Positions 1 to 13,153 of a stretch of 64,000 nucleotides of DNA are shown here, one piece after another. Position numbers and translations under genes: made by a program. The stretch comes from Paramecium tetraurelia. Lineage: Eukaryota. Each line of letters starts with the position of its first letter. Position 1 is the stretch's first letter. The DNA lies in the NCBI GenBank assembly GCA_000165425.1, contig CT868341.1, forward strand, positions 1 to 64,000, read 5' to 3'. The notes beneath the pieces were generated by a model that did no database searches, had not been told where the DNA came from, and saw only the letters and a program-made list of their open reading frames with translations.

Positions 1-283
1 TATCAATAGTCAATCCTAATGAATAACTCAACTTAGTGCTAAATTCTTCACTTTGCAGATCGTGAAGAGTCAACTAAGGAATGATATTACAAGTAGCATT
101 TGATTTTCCCTATTATTATATAGACCTCTTCTCAAACTAATTTTACACTTCAGCAATAGACTCATCAACAAACTCCGTTATTCTTTTGAATTTAGTCTAA
201 AATCCTTTACTTAAAAATTATACCTTTATTTCTTTCAGCATGAATTTATCACCTTCCTCAATTTCTAATGATTCTAAATTCAT
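1..283 (-). CDS. 5' part of a hypothetical protein that runs off the left edge
   Basis: ATG at 283, MNLESLEIEEGDKFMLKEIK, probable 27-nt intron at 197-223, then open in code 6 to base 1. Confidence 0.6.
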
Positions 284-411
284 TAACCAAAGATAAATTA
301 CAATATTAAAGTTTGTTATGATAAAAATGAATTTCTATTAAAATGAAATAATTAGGAATAAATTAAAATGTATTGGGGTTGGTATTATAACTTTTTTTTA
401 GTAGTAAGTAA

Positions 412-588
412 TTGAGAGAATTATTTTTCGTTTAGAAATAAATTCTCTAAATTTATGTTAAATGAAACGAAGGCCACTGAATTAGAAGGTACTTCGGCTA
501 TATTTGAGAGAAAAATCCTTTACGAGAAGGCAACGAATCAAGGTCCCTACAGGAAGACCTTCACGCGAAGGCCACTGGATTAGATGGT
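412..588 (+). other. Structured, internally repeated leader module joined to the WD40 array
   Basis: Direct repeats CGAAGGCCACTGAATTAGAAGGT (468-490) and CGAAGGCCACTGGATTAGATGGT (566-588), a degenerate third copy near 525-545, hairpins agagaatt-attt/aaataaattctct (~415-448) and aaggtc-cct..agg-gacctt (~540-561); GC-richer than flanks. Confidence 0.5.
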
Positions 589-1231
589 CATTCATCAACA
601 GTTTATTCAGTCAATTTCTCTCCTGATGGTACTACATTAGCATCTGGTAGTGATGATAAATCTATCCGTTTATGGGATGTTAAGACAGGATAATAAACAG
701 CCAAATTAGATGGTCATTCATAAGCAGTTATATCAGTCAATTTCTCTCCTGATGGTACTACATTAGCATCTGGTAGTTTGGATAACTCTATCCGTTTATG
801 GGATGTTAAGACAGGATAATAAAAAGCCAAATTAGATGGTCATTCGCATTATGTTTATTCAGTGAATTTCTCTCCTGATGGTACTACATTAGCATCTGGT
901 AGTTTTGATAACTCTATCCGTTTATGGGATGTTAAGACAGGATAATAAATCTTATCCTCAGCTAATCGTTATCAAAATATTCTAGCTTAATTTTAACCTT
1001 CAATAATTAAAAATAATGCTCTTTCAGATACTGGTATTCACTTTTTTTTATTATTATTTAGTTCATTCTAACGTTACCATCCTTCTAATATCACAATAAC
1101 TCATCTTTTAATCATAAGGTGCTCAAATTTTACAAGGACAGTTTCATAATCCATAAGGCATAGACTTGAGAACATTATTCTAATAAAAAGGAAGCTTGAT
1201 TTTAGAAAACTAGTAAAAACTGTAAGATTGA
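455..1231 (+). CDS. WD40-repeat protein (Paramecium HET-E-like high-identity family), only 3 repeats, N-terminally truncated
   Basis: [39 protein letters not shown] x3; 28-nt intron 1034-1061; TGA 1229-1231. Start at 455 needs an atypical 20-nt intron (489-508) to skip TGA at 505. Confidence 0.75.
580..947 (+). repeat. 126-bp tandem repeat, ~3 units (580, 706, 832), each encoding one 42-aa WD40
   Basis: Units nearly identical in DNA, starting ttagatggtcattc. Confidence 0.97.
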
Positions 1232-1328
1232 TAATTTTAAAAATAATAATAATACATATGCAATAAAATTACTAGTTATATATTAATGATTTAGACACAT
1301 TATTTGGATATGATTTAAAATGAAAAGT

Positions 1329-1765
1329 TCAATGTGAATACTTTTGAATTAAGTTCGTTTAGTCAAATTTGTTAATGTACGATTAGGAAGGAAGGAAGAT
1401 GGGAGTTGATAGAGATTGTGTGATTGTCCTTAATAATGTTTGAGGCGTACAAGAGCATTTTTTGGTACCTATGGTATAAGTCACAAATTAGATTTTTGCT
1501 AGTTTCATCGATGGGATGGGGTCCTTTTCCTTAAGCAGAATTAGAGTAGTGAGGGTACTCGCTTGGAGCGATCACCTGCTTATGTATTACACCTCCTTTT
1601 CATGCTGGGAGGTATATGAATTCAAGCATATTAATCGTACAAATCTGACCACATTACTTCACATATGCAACTCATCGCTAAATTTTGCATTTTTTTTCCT
1701 TTGCTCTCCCAAATTAAGAATTTCCTATTAGGTGACTATCAATACTCATATAATATCTAAATCAT
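1329..1765 (-). pseudogene. Possible decayed small gene
   Basis: Coding-like GC content, but every frame is interrupted by TGA; longest piece GGVIHKQVIAPSEYPHY...KYSH*. Confidence 0.25.
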
Positions 1766-1792
1766 TATTTTAAATATTCTTTTTACAAATCT

Positions 1793-2203
1793 ATGTTAAG
1801 ACAATCAGAATCGTAAGAGCAAGTGAACATCTGTCTTAGAGAGTTGGATCAATGGATAGAAGTAAAATAAACTCCAATCTAATAGATATCCTACACTAAA
1901 ATCGATGATGCCATTGCTTCTTTTGAAGATCTGCTTCATCCTTTGGAACCGACACAAAGTAAGCAACAACTCCTTCCAGATCGAGCACCTTAAACTAACC
2001 CTTTCAAAGTTCAATTAAAGTTGGAAGACATTATCATTCATCAAATGAATGATATTCAAAAAATTAAAAATTAGATACACAATCGCAGCAAGTAAACGAG
2101 GAAGACAACACAATCTAATATTCCTACAACCAACAATTAATGTTTTTTTATAATTTTGCTTGATTTGCTTATGTACTTCACTTTGTTGCTTAATTATTGC
2201 TGA
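1793..2203 (+). CDS. 136-aa tail-anchored coiled-coil protein (SNARE-like architecture)
   Basis: Intact code-6 ORF MLRQSESQEQV...; coiled-coil-like stretch, then C-terminal hydrophobic CFFIILLDLLMYFTLLLNYC*. Confidence 0.65.
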
Positions 2204-2565
2204 TTAAATAATTCAAAAATACTTTGATAATCAGAAGCGTTGAAAGATATTAGTTTTAATTGATATTATGGACTAGAAAAGGTATTAAATATTGAACAAC
2301 AGATCGTAAGCATAAAATTATAAATGATGAACAATTAATTGCGAATTCTTTTTGAAAGATATCCTCAAAATATAATTAATAAGACTAACCATTTAATTTC
2401 AAAAATAATAATAATTTAAAGGAGTCGGAAATTATGAATCAATCTTTACTGAATTAAATTAAGACTACATACTAAAATCAAATGATAGTCAATTATAAGG
2501 CTTGAGGTTTAACCCATGAACCACTTATATCTTCAATGCACTAATAACTAAGATACTATTTAAGT

Positions 2566-5500
2566 ATGAAGAAAAAAGGGAAATTTTAATTATTTCGCTC
2601 CTTTATTTGTTAACTTGCCTTGTTAATTAGAAGATTTAGGTCTTTTCTGCCTATAACAAACCTTCAAGTATTGTCATTTGTTTTAATTTTCTTAGCAATT
2701 ATTAACAAGTAATTTTTGAAATGATATTTTACTCAATAACAAAGAAACCTTTAGAATAATCAGAGTATCTTTGTATTAAATCTTTTCTAATAGTCTAATA
2801 ACTTTAAGACATATAATGGTTTAAATCGTTTTTGAAGCCCCAGAACAAAAATAATAATAGTTTATGATGGATTGTATCCTAGAATATAAAAATGATATAG
2901 AATTAACCTAATTAAATTACCAATAATCAGTAAAGGTTACAAATATTTAAGCAAAGATATTTCTCAAGATTTTGCATTTGCTTTTATAGATATTCCAATA
3001 TTTTAATAACTAATTTTCAATATTGTTTTAAAGCACAAAGATGTTTATTATAATGATATTATGTTCGCTTAAGTATCTTAATTCACCTTTGTGAGTAATT
3101 TTAGTTTATGATAGAGTCATAAGCTTTCTTCAAGATGACTAAAATAATTCAAAAAAGAGAACACCAATCAATTTCCGACCTCATAATGAAATTATACTGA
3201 GATTCTCTTGATTATTGTTATACTTAAAACTTATTCTATTTGTTGCACAACGGTGAGATCTAGAGAAGCATAGATTTTATAATTCAAACTACTCTATCAC
3301 CTATTTAAAATATAGTAAAAATTACTTTTCTTTATGTAAACTCTTCTAATACTCATACAACTTTTTTTCTCTGAGAATTAAAAACAAATATTCCAAAAAG
3401 CAAGTTCTCAATTTATTTCATCAGTTTCTTCAAATTTGATTTCATTTGTTAAATTCGAATCCACTTAGGCAGTTAGAATAACTTTAAGTCGAACCTATAA
3501 ATATCCGTTTTATGCGGAGATTAATTCATTTATGTATGGCAAATCAATTAATTTAGTCTGCAATTTCAGTGACTAATTAATATTTTTATATCCTTCTAAT
3601 TATTTCAACAGTGTTTCATTTGATTGCATTAATATAACATACAAATAAAACATAACATTTAAAATAATAAGTTTGATAATAAAAGATTTTTGATAACAAA
3701 TGATCAAAGATAAGCTAATGCAATTCAAATTTTTTTTTGACTTTTTTGATATTTGTATCTATCATATTTACTACTTGCCTCATAAGGTTATGATAGTAGC
3801 TTAACTTATGAATATTATAAAGCGAATCATTTTTATTAAATCATGTAGTACCTGAAATTTTGATACTTCCATCTGGTTGTTTTTAATGAAAGACAGCACA
3901 GTCATCTAGTGAAACAATGTTACCTAGTGTAGAACAAACAATAATTTGGTGTAACTTTTAATATAACCACTCCTTCACTTTATCTTCTCTGCTTTTAGCA
4001 TTCGCATTAAATAAATTGTTTAACTTCCAGTTTGATTTATTTATATTGTTCCTCATATTTAGTATATATGCTTGTTAGGCATGTTAAACTTCATGCAAGA
4101 ATGCATTGCTTTATTTAATGTTACTGCACAAATAGTTGTTTTAATGTTGGATCTAGATAATGCCAATCTTCTAGTTTTATTGGTAGACATTCTAAATTCT
4201 TAAACTTGAACAGCCTATTATTGATTTGATACAGGAGATGTAAAGATCATGTGTATCTGGAGTTGGATAATGTGCCATTCGTTACCAAATCTAATACTGC
4301 AACTTCGTGTTTATTTTATTCTTTTTCAAAATTTCAGAATATAATATCTTAACCGTGTTTAATTTAATTAGCCTCCAACCCTTTTGAGTCTTATGCATCA
4401 GTTTTTTATACTGGAAATAATGATCCTTGCCAATATAATTTGCATGCAAAATTAATTCACAATTTCCTAACTTAAAATACGGTAGCTTTGTCCCTTTATT
4501 TTTCTTTGACTCTAAATTATCGTGTTTGTTGTTCTTATGGTAGCGCCTACAATTTCACATATAGATTTCTTATCTTGATTTTAAATTGTGTTTGCTATGT
4601 AATAAATATTTATAAGCCTTACTTTTTTACTTATATTATACTAATTTATATAACAAATGCAAATGTTACAACACTTTTACTACACCTTGCTTTAAGATTG
4701 AATTAATTCGTCTTTTCTATTGAAAACTATGATGTATTCATTTTACTCTAAAATCTTAGCAATTTTTGTATCTTTTCAGTCCTTATTTTTACAATAAAAT
4801 ACTATGGTCCACAAAATGGTCAACTCAATTCAGGAAATGATGAAATTTATTAAATCGATAATATGATTCTATACTATGTATATGATGCATGATACGATTT
4901 ATTTATCCTGCGTTTATAGTGATGAACTAACTACCTCACTGACTCTAGTAATATGCTTTTAAGTTAAATTTTGTCACTTAAAAGGCAAGCCCTAAAGCAT
5001 AATTCTATCCTATCTGATACATCAAATGTTGCTTGTGATACTTTTTGCTGGATTTAAAAATGCTAATGCAAGGCAAAATAACAAATTACCATATCTAAAA
5101 AGTTCTAAAAATGGACACTTCTCCTAGTTCCATACCTTAATATTACATACGGATGAAGAATGTATAAAGTGTTGTTGCAAATCTATTCATTTCAAAGACT
5201 TCAGCTTACTGCTTGTTAAAATACGACAATAACAACTAGGGTATCATCTGGGTCTATAAACCGTTGTGTATTGACATATGTGAAATTTGGAAGTTAACAT
5301 ATGTTTCTTAAATAGGAAAATTGTAATAAACTAGTTAAACAAGTAATTTTTATGAAGTGATGATACTTGAGGGATTTAGATAAACTGCAGATCTTCTAGT
5401 TGGTATCAGATGAAAAGCATGAAAGAGAAGTTGTTTGATCAAACATTATGTATTGCTGATGCTGATTAATAAGATGTCATCCAGTTAATTGCTGTTGATG

Positions 5501-7815
5501 ATCTAAGCAATAGACAGAGAGATACATTGTTCCATCTCATGAAGGATTTATCTATTACATCCAAGTTTAGATTGGTTGTATAAAAATTGACTAACCTATG
5601 TATAATACTAGCTTTGCTGCATGTAGATTTAATTAGTTAGAGGATATAAATTTTGGTGCCATCATAAGTTAAAGCATAAGCGAAGAAACTAATAGTCTCC
5701 TATATGCTTGCTAATGGGTACTTCTTTCATTTGATAAAAAAATAGACCTCTGAAATTTGCAATAACTCTGGCTACATGATCCCCATATAACTTCAAGAAG
5801 GTAAGTCGCTATGAACCATTTTGAAACATAAATTATGGAGAAAGTTATGAAATATGAGAGATGGTGGTCAAATGAGAATCTGAACCATTGTCTTTATTAA
5901 GTAGCCGGCGGAAATTTTATCAAATATAAACAAACACAATTTTGGGATAACAATAAAAAGAGCCAATTCTTATAAGTTATTATGATCCAAGACTGCCTAA
6001 TAACTGGTTCAAATCTTCTAAAAGCATTATTTTATAGGTTACAATATATCAGTTAATAGTAGTTGAACCAATGATCTTATAATTGAGCGAATGGGGAACT
6101 TATTAATTAGTCGTTTCAACAACATAATTAAAGAAACTCTGTACACAAAGGTGTTAGTTTTCTTAATAAGATCTGAAAATTTAGCATAATATATTGTAGC
6201 AGAAGAAGAGTTTTCCTAAAATTAATTTAGAGAAGCAACATTTTTTATAAGAAACATTCATTAGGATGAAATAGCAGTTAAAGTTGTGAAATTGTGTTGA
6301 CGCATTTCACCACGTTCATTAGCTGAGCAAATCATGAAGGCTTAACACTATTAACATTGAGTATGGATAGAATTATGCAAGTGATCTAAGATAGTGGAAT
6401 ATGTTCTCTACCGCTACAAGTCAGAATCTATCTAAAAAGAAACTACAAAAAGTAGAATCTAACAAACAATCCAGAAACAATAGCATTACCACTTAAATGA
6501 GAACCAATCTGGAAAAGCCACAAAAAGCCGGAGCTCTTGTAACTACTATCAAGCAGCTAGGATATATATTATTACATTAATTTATGTGTTAGAATAATTT
6601 GGACAGTTTCTGATAAATACTTTAACAGAAAAAGTGGGTGAAAGGTAAATATTATCCAAAATGTATTTTGATAGCTAATTCAAATTTATTAATAAGCTGC
6701 TACCTCGAAATAATTACCATATGATTTGGAAATATTCAATTTGTACATGGTTGAAAGGAGTATTACATGTTTCGTGTATATTATAAACCTATGTATACTT
6801 TAATATAACTTTAATTTATATGATCATTCAGCAAATGTGAGTATATCAAGTTTAGATAGTTTTTAATTGCGTTAATCTTGTTCAAGTCACTTTAGCATAA
6901 CAACTTATTTGGAAACCTATAGCTCTTGTTAATAATGTATTAAAAGTCTTGCTAATTGGTGCTGATTATTTGGTTTCAGAGATTCAAATTTACATATCTT
7001 ATGGAAATTTTTTTCCCAAGCACACATGCATGATGCACAATTTATGAAAAAGCTTAATAATTGGAAGTGCAGTCAATTATATTGATCCTAATGCTAAAGA
7101 ATTCTAATAAGTAAAATATATTTGAGTTTCAACGTGTTGAAAACAAAAATATATTTTTATTATTGTAGAACTAATTAAAATTAATAACCATTAATATTTC
7201 TAAATAAAATTTGTTGTGTAAGTGGAGATTAATTAGGTATACAGTCCAGCTCTTTTATAATACTTCATTTATTTCAATAGCATCCATCATTATACTATTT
7301 GAAATTCTGTGCTGAAGTAGAACAATTAAACAGTCACATGATGTTAATATTCCTAGTTACATTTGAGAATTTAGTTAAACTACTAGAGCATTTAGAGATC
7401 CAGTATAAATAATTGTCATCATTGTTACTCAATAGTTAAGGATTAGGTACTATTTGAGCCTGTATCTTTGATAAATTCTACGGAGGATGAGAACTTTCTT
7501 GATAAATCATAATATTGGATAAGGTTAAATTCTGTAATTCATTTGAAGCTATTAAAAGGAAACATTTCTAATAAAAAAACAACAGTTATCAATAATCTAT
7601 TAGTCACTCGAATTAACTTTGGCAAAGAAGCAAAAAGATGGGAAAATGGAACTAGTATTTCAAAGAAAATAAGTTATTCTATTTTTTTGATTTAAAGTAT
7701 AATTCCTTCCAATCTACCAACATAATTTAGTAATACAAGTAGAGCAAGTAATCTGAGATCGTCCGCTATTTTCATTTTTAAATACATGATATGGAGTAGA
7801 TTTTGAAGTTATTGC
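2566..7815 (+). pseudogene. Heavily decayed large secreted/membrane gene with Cys-rich segment (may be more than one gene)
   Basis: Signal-peptide-like remnant (ILIISLLYLLTCLV) near 2585, CxxC remnants near 4070-4280 (CQACQTSCK, SCVSGVGQC), many TGAs and frameshifts over ~5 kb; ends approximate. Confidence 0.4.
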
Positions 7816-7859
7816 TATAATTTTAATCTTCCTCTTTTTTTAATATTTTTAAATATTAG

Positions 7860-8613
7860 AGATTAGCAGAACAACGGATAGAAAGTTTGTTCTGGCTGGA
7901 TTCTTTTCCAATTTTGTAAAATTTCTGCAAAATTACATCTGCTATTTTAGTGAGTCTTCAGTTGACTAGAAAGCTCATACTTTTCATTCTTTGTATTCAT
8001 TCCCTATTGTCTAATATTTCAATTTTATAATATATTATAAAATCTTACTAGTAAAACTGTTGTTTCATCAATTTCTTCTATAGAAATCTACAATTTTGAG
8101 ATGACCTAAATGACTATCAATTTTACAAATTTCTTTGTTAAATAATAAATTGCAATCCATAATGAGATTAAGGAAATTATTTCATTAGCGAGATAATAAT
8201 CCAAAGAATTTGTAGGCCCTGATATTTTCCATGCTTGCTTAATAATTGAAATAGAAGTTACTCCTATTATGAATGAAAAGTATTTCAAACTCAATTCGTA
8301 TAAAGTGAAACACCCAAATTTAATAGAGATCCAATTATGTGAGATGAAAATTATAATTAATACTAAATTAAATAAATGGATATATTTAAGGATTTGTTTG
8401 CTACTTAGGGATTCTAACTCTGTGTAAAGGCTGTATAAGATGTCCAATCAAATGGCGAATAAGAAGCCTTATTCAAGTAATGTTAATAAAACTATGCAAA
8501 TGCATACAAAGTGGTTGGGTCGGAATTTTTAAGATTCTTCAATAATCAGCCATCTAAGGATAGATATGGACCTCCAAAAGACATCTGATTATTATCATAT
8601 CATCAAAAAACAT
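7860..8613 (-). pseudogene. Disrupted multi-pass membrane protein gene
   Basis: Hydrophobic frame FWRSISILRWLII...GFLFAI*LDILYSL... with in-frame TGA at 8448-8450; ATG at 8613 is out of frame; more stops downstream. Confidence 0.4.
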
Positions 8614-8634
8614 TATTTATTATAAAATCTAAAA

Positions 8635-9229
8635 ATGAAGAAGATGTTCGAAAAAATTTTTAAATATAATGAGTGGAGATACAAGAAGATGTTTGAATCA
8701 TTTGAGAAATAAGATAACTATTAACAATTTTTAGTCAAAAATTAATAATTATTCTTTAACAACGTAATTGGGACTATGAAACACTTATTAGCAGCTGATT
8801 ATGTATGGTATGGAAGAATAATGAAATTATAAATCATTCAGGTACCTTTTTTATCTAAGGATAAGATGCGAACAATTTATGTAAATTTTAATTATTGAGA
8901 ATTAGCTTAAAGAACTTATTTTATTATGGCAAAGTGATGATGAAAAAATATTTGATTAGTTGCAATTTGACTATGATTAAACGAAATCCTTACTTTTGGA
9001 TATTAATTAAGTATTCTAATAGCTTATTGATTCATGTGATGAAGCTTATTTTGATTAAGAGTTTGAATATCAAGATAGCAAAGGAGTCGTTTAGAAAAAG
9101 GATGCTTCAACAGTATTTTACCATCTTATAAATCATCATTCACATCATTTAGGATAAATATCAACTGCGTATACATAGTAATTTGGAAGGAAAAATTTTT
9201 TTTCGACTGATTTTATATATTTCAAATGA
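8635..9229 (+). CDS. DinB/YfiT-like (S-transferase-like) four-helix-bundle metalloprotein
   Basis: YNEW, FFNNVIGTMKHLLAADYVWYGR, HLINHHSHHLGQ and C-terminal DFIYF match bacterial DinB-family motifs; one 25-nt intron 8881-8905; intact. Confidence 0.88.
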
Positions 9230-9608
9230 ATATAATGAGGAATCATTAATTAAAATAAAAATTCTTTTTATGTTAATTAATAAATATAAAAAAGAAACAA
9301 GTTAAGGAATTCCAAATGCTTGATCTAGAATGCATGAATTCTTTAAGTAAATGGTGTAGAGAGAGATTGATAATTAATTAGATTATTGAAAAATAAATAA
9401 ATATGAAATGAATTTTTTGAGTTCTATGACAATAATTTTTCATTATCTTATTTGATGAATGAAGAATATCTATCAATTGTTATTGTTTTTGCTTTGATTC
9501 AAATAAAAATTATCATTTTAATTTAATTGAACAACAGACAATACTAATTTAAAAGAGAAAATTTTTAGTAAAGATAACCAAGTTTAGTAATATTAAATAA
9601 AGAGAGAT

Positions 9609-10379
9609 TCATTTATAAAAATAATCAAAAAACCTTTCTTTTAGAGGTTTAGTGAAGCCTCCTTCTATTCTTTATTAAACTTTTATTTTTGAATCTGCAA
9701 TATGGATATAACTTATTTCCTAATCAAGTGACAATCTACAGTAATTTAAATCATTTAGTATTGACTTAACTGATTCTGTTCTTTCTGACTGCAATATAGG
9801 TAATTTGTTTTTTCAATTTTTTCTTTAATTAATTACTTAAATTTTCTAAACTGCATCTCTATATTTTAAAGAATATTCTGATTCATCGAATTATTTCTTT
9901 GTTGCCTTTAACTCTACTCTTTTATATATCTTACTAAATTCCTTTATCAGTTCAATTCTGTTCTATTTAGCAATTTTTCCTTCTATATGATGAAATTCAT
10001 CTGAAAGTTCAAACTTATGAGGACTGGTACTTCTTTAGCTATCATAATAGGCTTTGTTAGCTTAAATCTTCTAATTTAAATGTTAGAATACCGTAATTTA
10101 AGGTCATTTCTTAAGGAGTTGTATTCATTAAAATTTTCTGACATCGAACTACCGATCCTCCTTTTAAGGGAAATGACAAGGCTTGAATACGGTAGACTAT
10201 TCTTGATTTATTTTTTTTTTGAATAGGTTTTCATTTCATCATATAAAGAAAATATCATATACTCTTTGTTCGAATTAAGGATACTAGTAAGCTGCTCTTT
10301 CGCTTCTTTTAAATAGTTATGTATTAGAAATCGATCCTCTAAATTTTTTTTTTGTTCTTCGCCCAAATCGGTATTTCAT
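9609..10379 (-). pseudogene. Disrupted hypothetical gene
   Basis: Long frame ending at TGA 9609-9611 with in-frame TGA at 9813-9815, and a frame break near 10070-10090. Confidence 0.4.
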
Positions 10380-10456
10380 TGATCTTTTTTCTCTAATTTC
10401 TTTCTTTTTGAAGGATTAAAAATTTATTGCTTAATTTGTTTCTCAAAAGAAAAAAA

Positions 10457-11330
10457 ATGATAATTATTTAATCAAAGAAATATAAAGTTTATAAAAAGTA
10501 AAAGGAAGAACTTTTAACTCAAGCTAAACTGCAAGTAGACTGAATTTTATTCAAAAATAATGTGATTAATCCACTGCTATTTATATCAGGAAGAATTTTA
10601 ACTTCCTGTTCCAATATAGTGGTTGAGAGGGTGAATGACGATTCATCTTTGTATTGCTCATCTATACTTGAAATTTAGTCCTATGATTAAATGACTGATA
10701 AGTTTAACTAAGATATAAATTTCTAAAATGTAATTGAAAAATTTACAGAATAAATTCTTTAGCCAAGACTTTCTGAAGACTCTTCTTCATAACTTTCAGA
10801 TTGTTATAAAGAAAGTTGCTCTAAAATTTACTATGGTTATCTCAATTCTTATAAATATAAATCGATGTAATTATTAAGGTTTGAAGAGAGCTCTTCTATA
10901 GAACTTAGCTGATATATGTCATCTGAAAGGAAATCAACATTTAGTTAATTGAGACCATCATCATTTTATAAAGGGCTCCTTTATATGATTTATTAGCTTA
11001 ATATGAACGGTTATGTTTATTATTCATGTGTTAGCTAAGGTTTAATGTTTATATAAATACAAACCTCTGCGGTAGTTTTTTCAGATCTACCATATTAACA
11101 GTTATTTTCGGTGATGTTCGTTATCATATTTATATCGAAATGCTCATTCAATTAGTTTTATTTCAACATTATAATATATGAAAAATATTATTCCCATTTC
11201 ACTCTGATCATTAAATATTTTGAAAAATGGGATGTAAATAATATAGTCCCCTTTAAGAATCATGCAAATTATATATTATTAATCTTAGCCATTATGATTT
11301 TCAGAAAATAATCAAGAAAAATCTCAAACT
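10457..11330 (+). pseudogene. Disrupted hypothetical gene
   Basis: One long code-6 frame broken by in-frame TGAs at 10541 and 10910; nearest ATG out of frame. Confidence 0.4.
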
Positions 11331-11570
11331 CTATTAATTTATTCAAGAAATCATTATTAGAATTTTTATATTAATTTATGCTAAAAGCATTTAGAAAATA
11401 TTGTAGATATTATTAGGTTTCAGACATAAACATTTTAAATAATAATAATGAATGCTTGTTATTTTTGACATTTGTGAAAATATAGAAAAAATTGTATATT
11501 TTATAATTACATATTATTGTTTACATATTTCATTTGTGAATTTCAATGATGTAATTAATTTTATAAATTT

Positions 11571-13097
11571 ATGGGAAAATCAATCATGCTTATCTTGGTC
11601 TGCTTCTTTGCTTTGTAGGCCTTAGAAACATAGACATTGGAGAAGGACGAAGTTGACATGGTAAAACTAAATGCACTTTTTGAAACAAACTATCAAGGAT
11701 AACTGTAAGATTATTGAATAAATGATTAGCTATTCTGGTTATCTTAGCGCAAAAGATGATGGATCAGTCGAGTTTCATTACCTTTTTTATCCAGCTATCG
11801 ATTCATCTTCTGAAAAACCTTTGATATTATGGTTACTTGGAGGACCAGGATGTTCATCTATGATTGCAGCATTTACAGAAAGTGGTCCATACACCTTCAT
11901 TCCTGAATCTATTTAATTTGAAGAGAACCCACATACCTGGACATCGTTTGTAAAAGGATAAATTAATGATTTAGGCCAACATGCTTTACATTGAATCTCC
12001 AATATCTGTTGGATATTCTTATGGCCCAGCTGGAGCATAATCTGATGAATCAACTGCTTAATACAACATGCATGCATTAATTGAGTTTTTTGTTAGATTT
12101 CCTAACTTCAAAAACTAAAAATTCTATATTGGTGGTGAATCCTATGCTGGTATCTATGTACCAACCTTGACTCAAGAGATTATAAAGTATAATAAACAAC
12201 CAGTTAATCCTGAAGTCTTAAAAATAAACATTTAAGGCATAATTATCGGTAATGGTTGCACTGATCCAAGCGAATGTACTTTACAGGGATATCTTTTTCC
12301 GATACATAGATTAAACTTTTTTGGAAGACATGGCTTCATTAGTGAAGAAACCTATTAAAAAATAATTAATCATTCCGAAGAATGCTACGGATCTGCAACA
12401 CCCTAATGCCAAGCATTAGCCTATGAAGCCTTAGCTTAAATTTCTGGACCTTAATATTCCTATCAGGTGAATTAATATAATGTTTATTCCAAATGCATTA
12501 TTTAAACTCCTGAAGGAAGCTCAAGAATGAAAAGCCCACTTCGAGTTTCAAATGAGGAGAAAGATGACTCTGATGTACCTCCTTGTGTGGATGTGAAAGG
12601 TCTGTATCATTGGTTTTAGATGGATGAAGTTCGAACTGTAAACAGTCATCTTAATTATTTTAGCTATTGAATATCGATTAAAAATCACCCAAATGGGTTG
12701 CTTGCTCAATAAATTTCGACGATTATTAAATAAATCCAAATGGATCACTAGACATTTATCCTACTATTATCAAAAATAATATCAGAGTTCTTATTCTTAG
12801 TGGAGATGTAGATGGAGTGGTACCAATAGTGGGTACTCTTTATTGGATTGATAAACTTCAATAATAATTATGTAATGCCATTTAATATTATTAGAGTTGA
12901 ATACAATAAAGCCATGGAGACCTTGGTATATTCCTGCTTTAAGAGAATGCGATAAAGATTAAAATGCAGGAAATGTGTTTGATATTGAGGGTTTGACCTT
13001 TGTTAGCTTCAGGAATGCAGGACATGAAGTACCCGCTGACCAAAGAATTTAATCTAAGATAGTCTTAGAGAAATTTTTAAGATAGGAATATTTATGA
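11571..13097 (+). CDS. Serine carboxypeptidase (peptidase S10), secreted/lysosomal
   Basis: Signal peptide, YSGYL, WLLGGPGCSS, GESYAG (Ser), GDVDGVVP (Asp), NAGHEVP (His); four short introns. Confidence 0.96.
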
Positions 13098-13153
13098 GAT
13101 TCAAATTCTTATTAATTTTATTTCCCTACATTCTCATAATTACTTCAAAAATA

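Noticed and set aside
373..382. TTGGGGTTGG, telomere-like; the minus strand reads CCAACCCCAA like a ciliate telomerase template
   Set aside because: Under two repeat units, and the conserved TGTCA upstream of ciliate telomerase RNA templates is absent.
464..500. Possible hammerhead ribozyme in the WD40 leader (GAAAC and CTGA present)
   Set aside because: CTGAATT does not fit the CUGANGA core, and no three-stem junction could be built.
8022..8043. Perfect 22-nt palindrome attttataatatattataaaat
   Set aside because: AT-only sequence in a very AT-rich genome, inside a decayed gene; no supporting context.
8448..10912. Isolated in-frame TGAs as selenocysteine or readthrough codons
   Set aside because: The same segments also have frameshifts or broken starts and no selenoprotein motif; decay is simpler.
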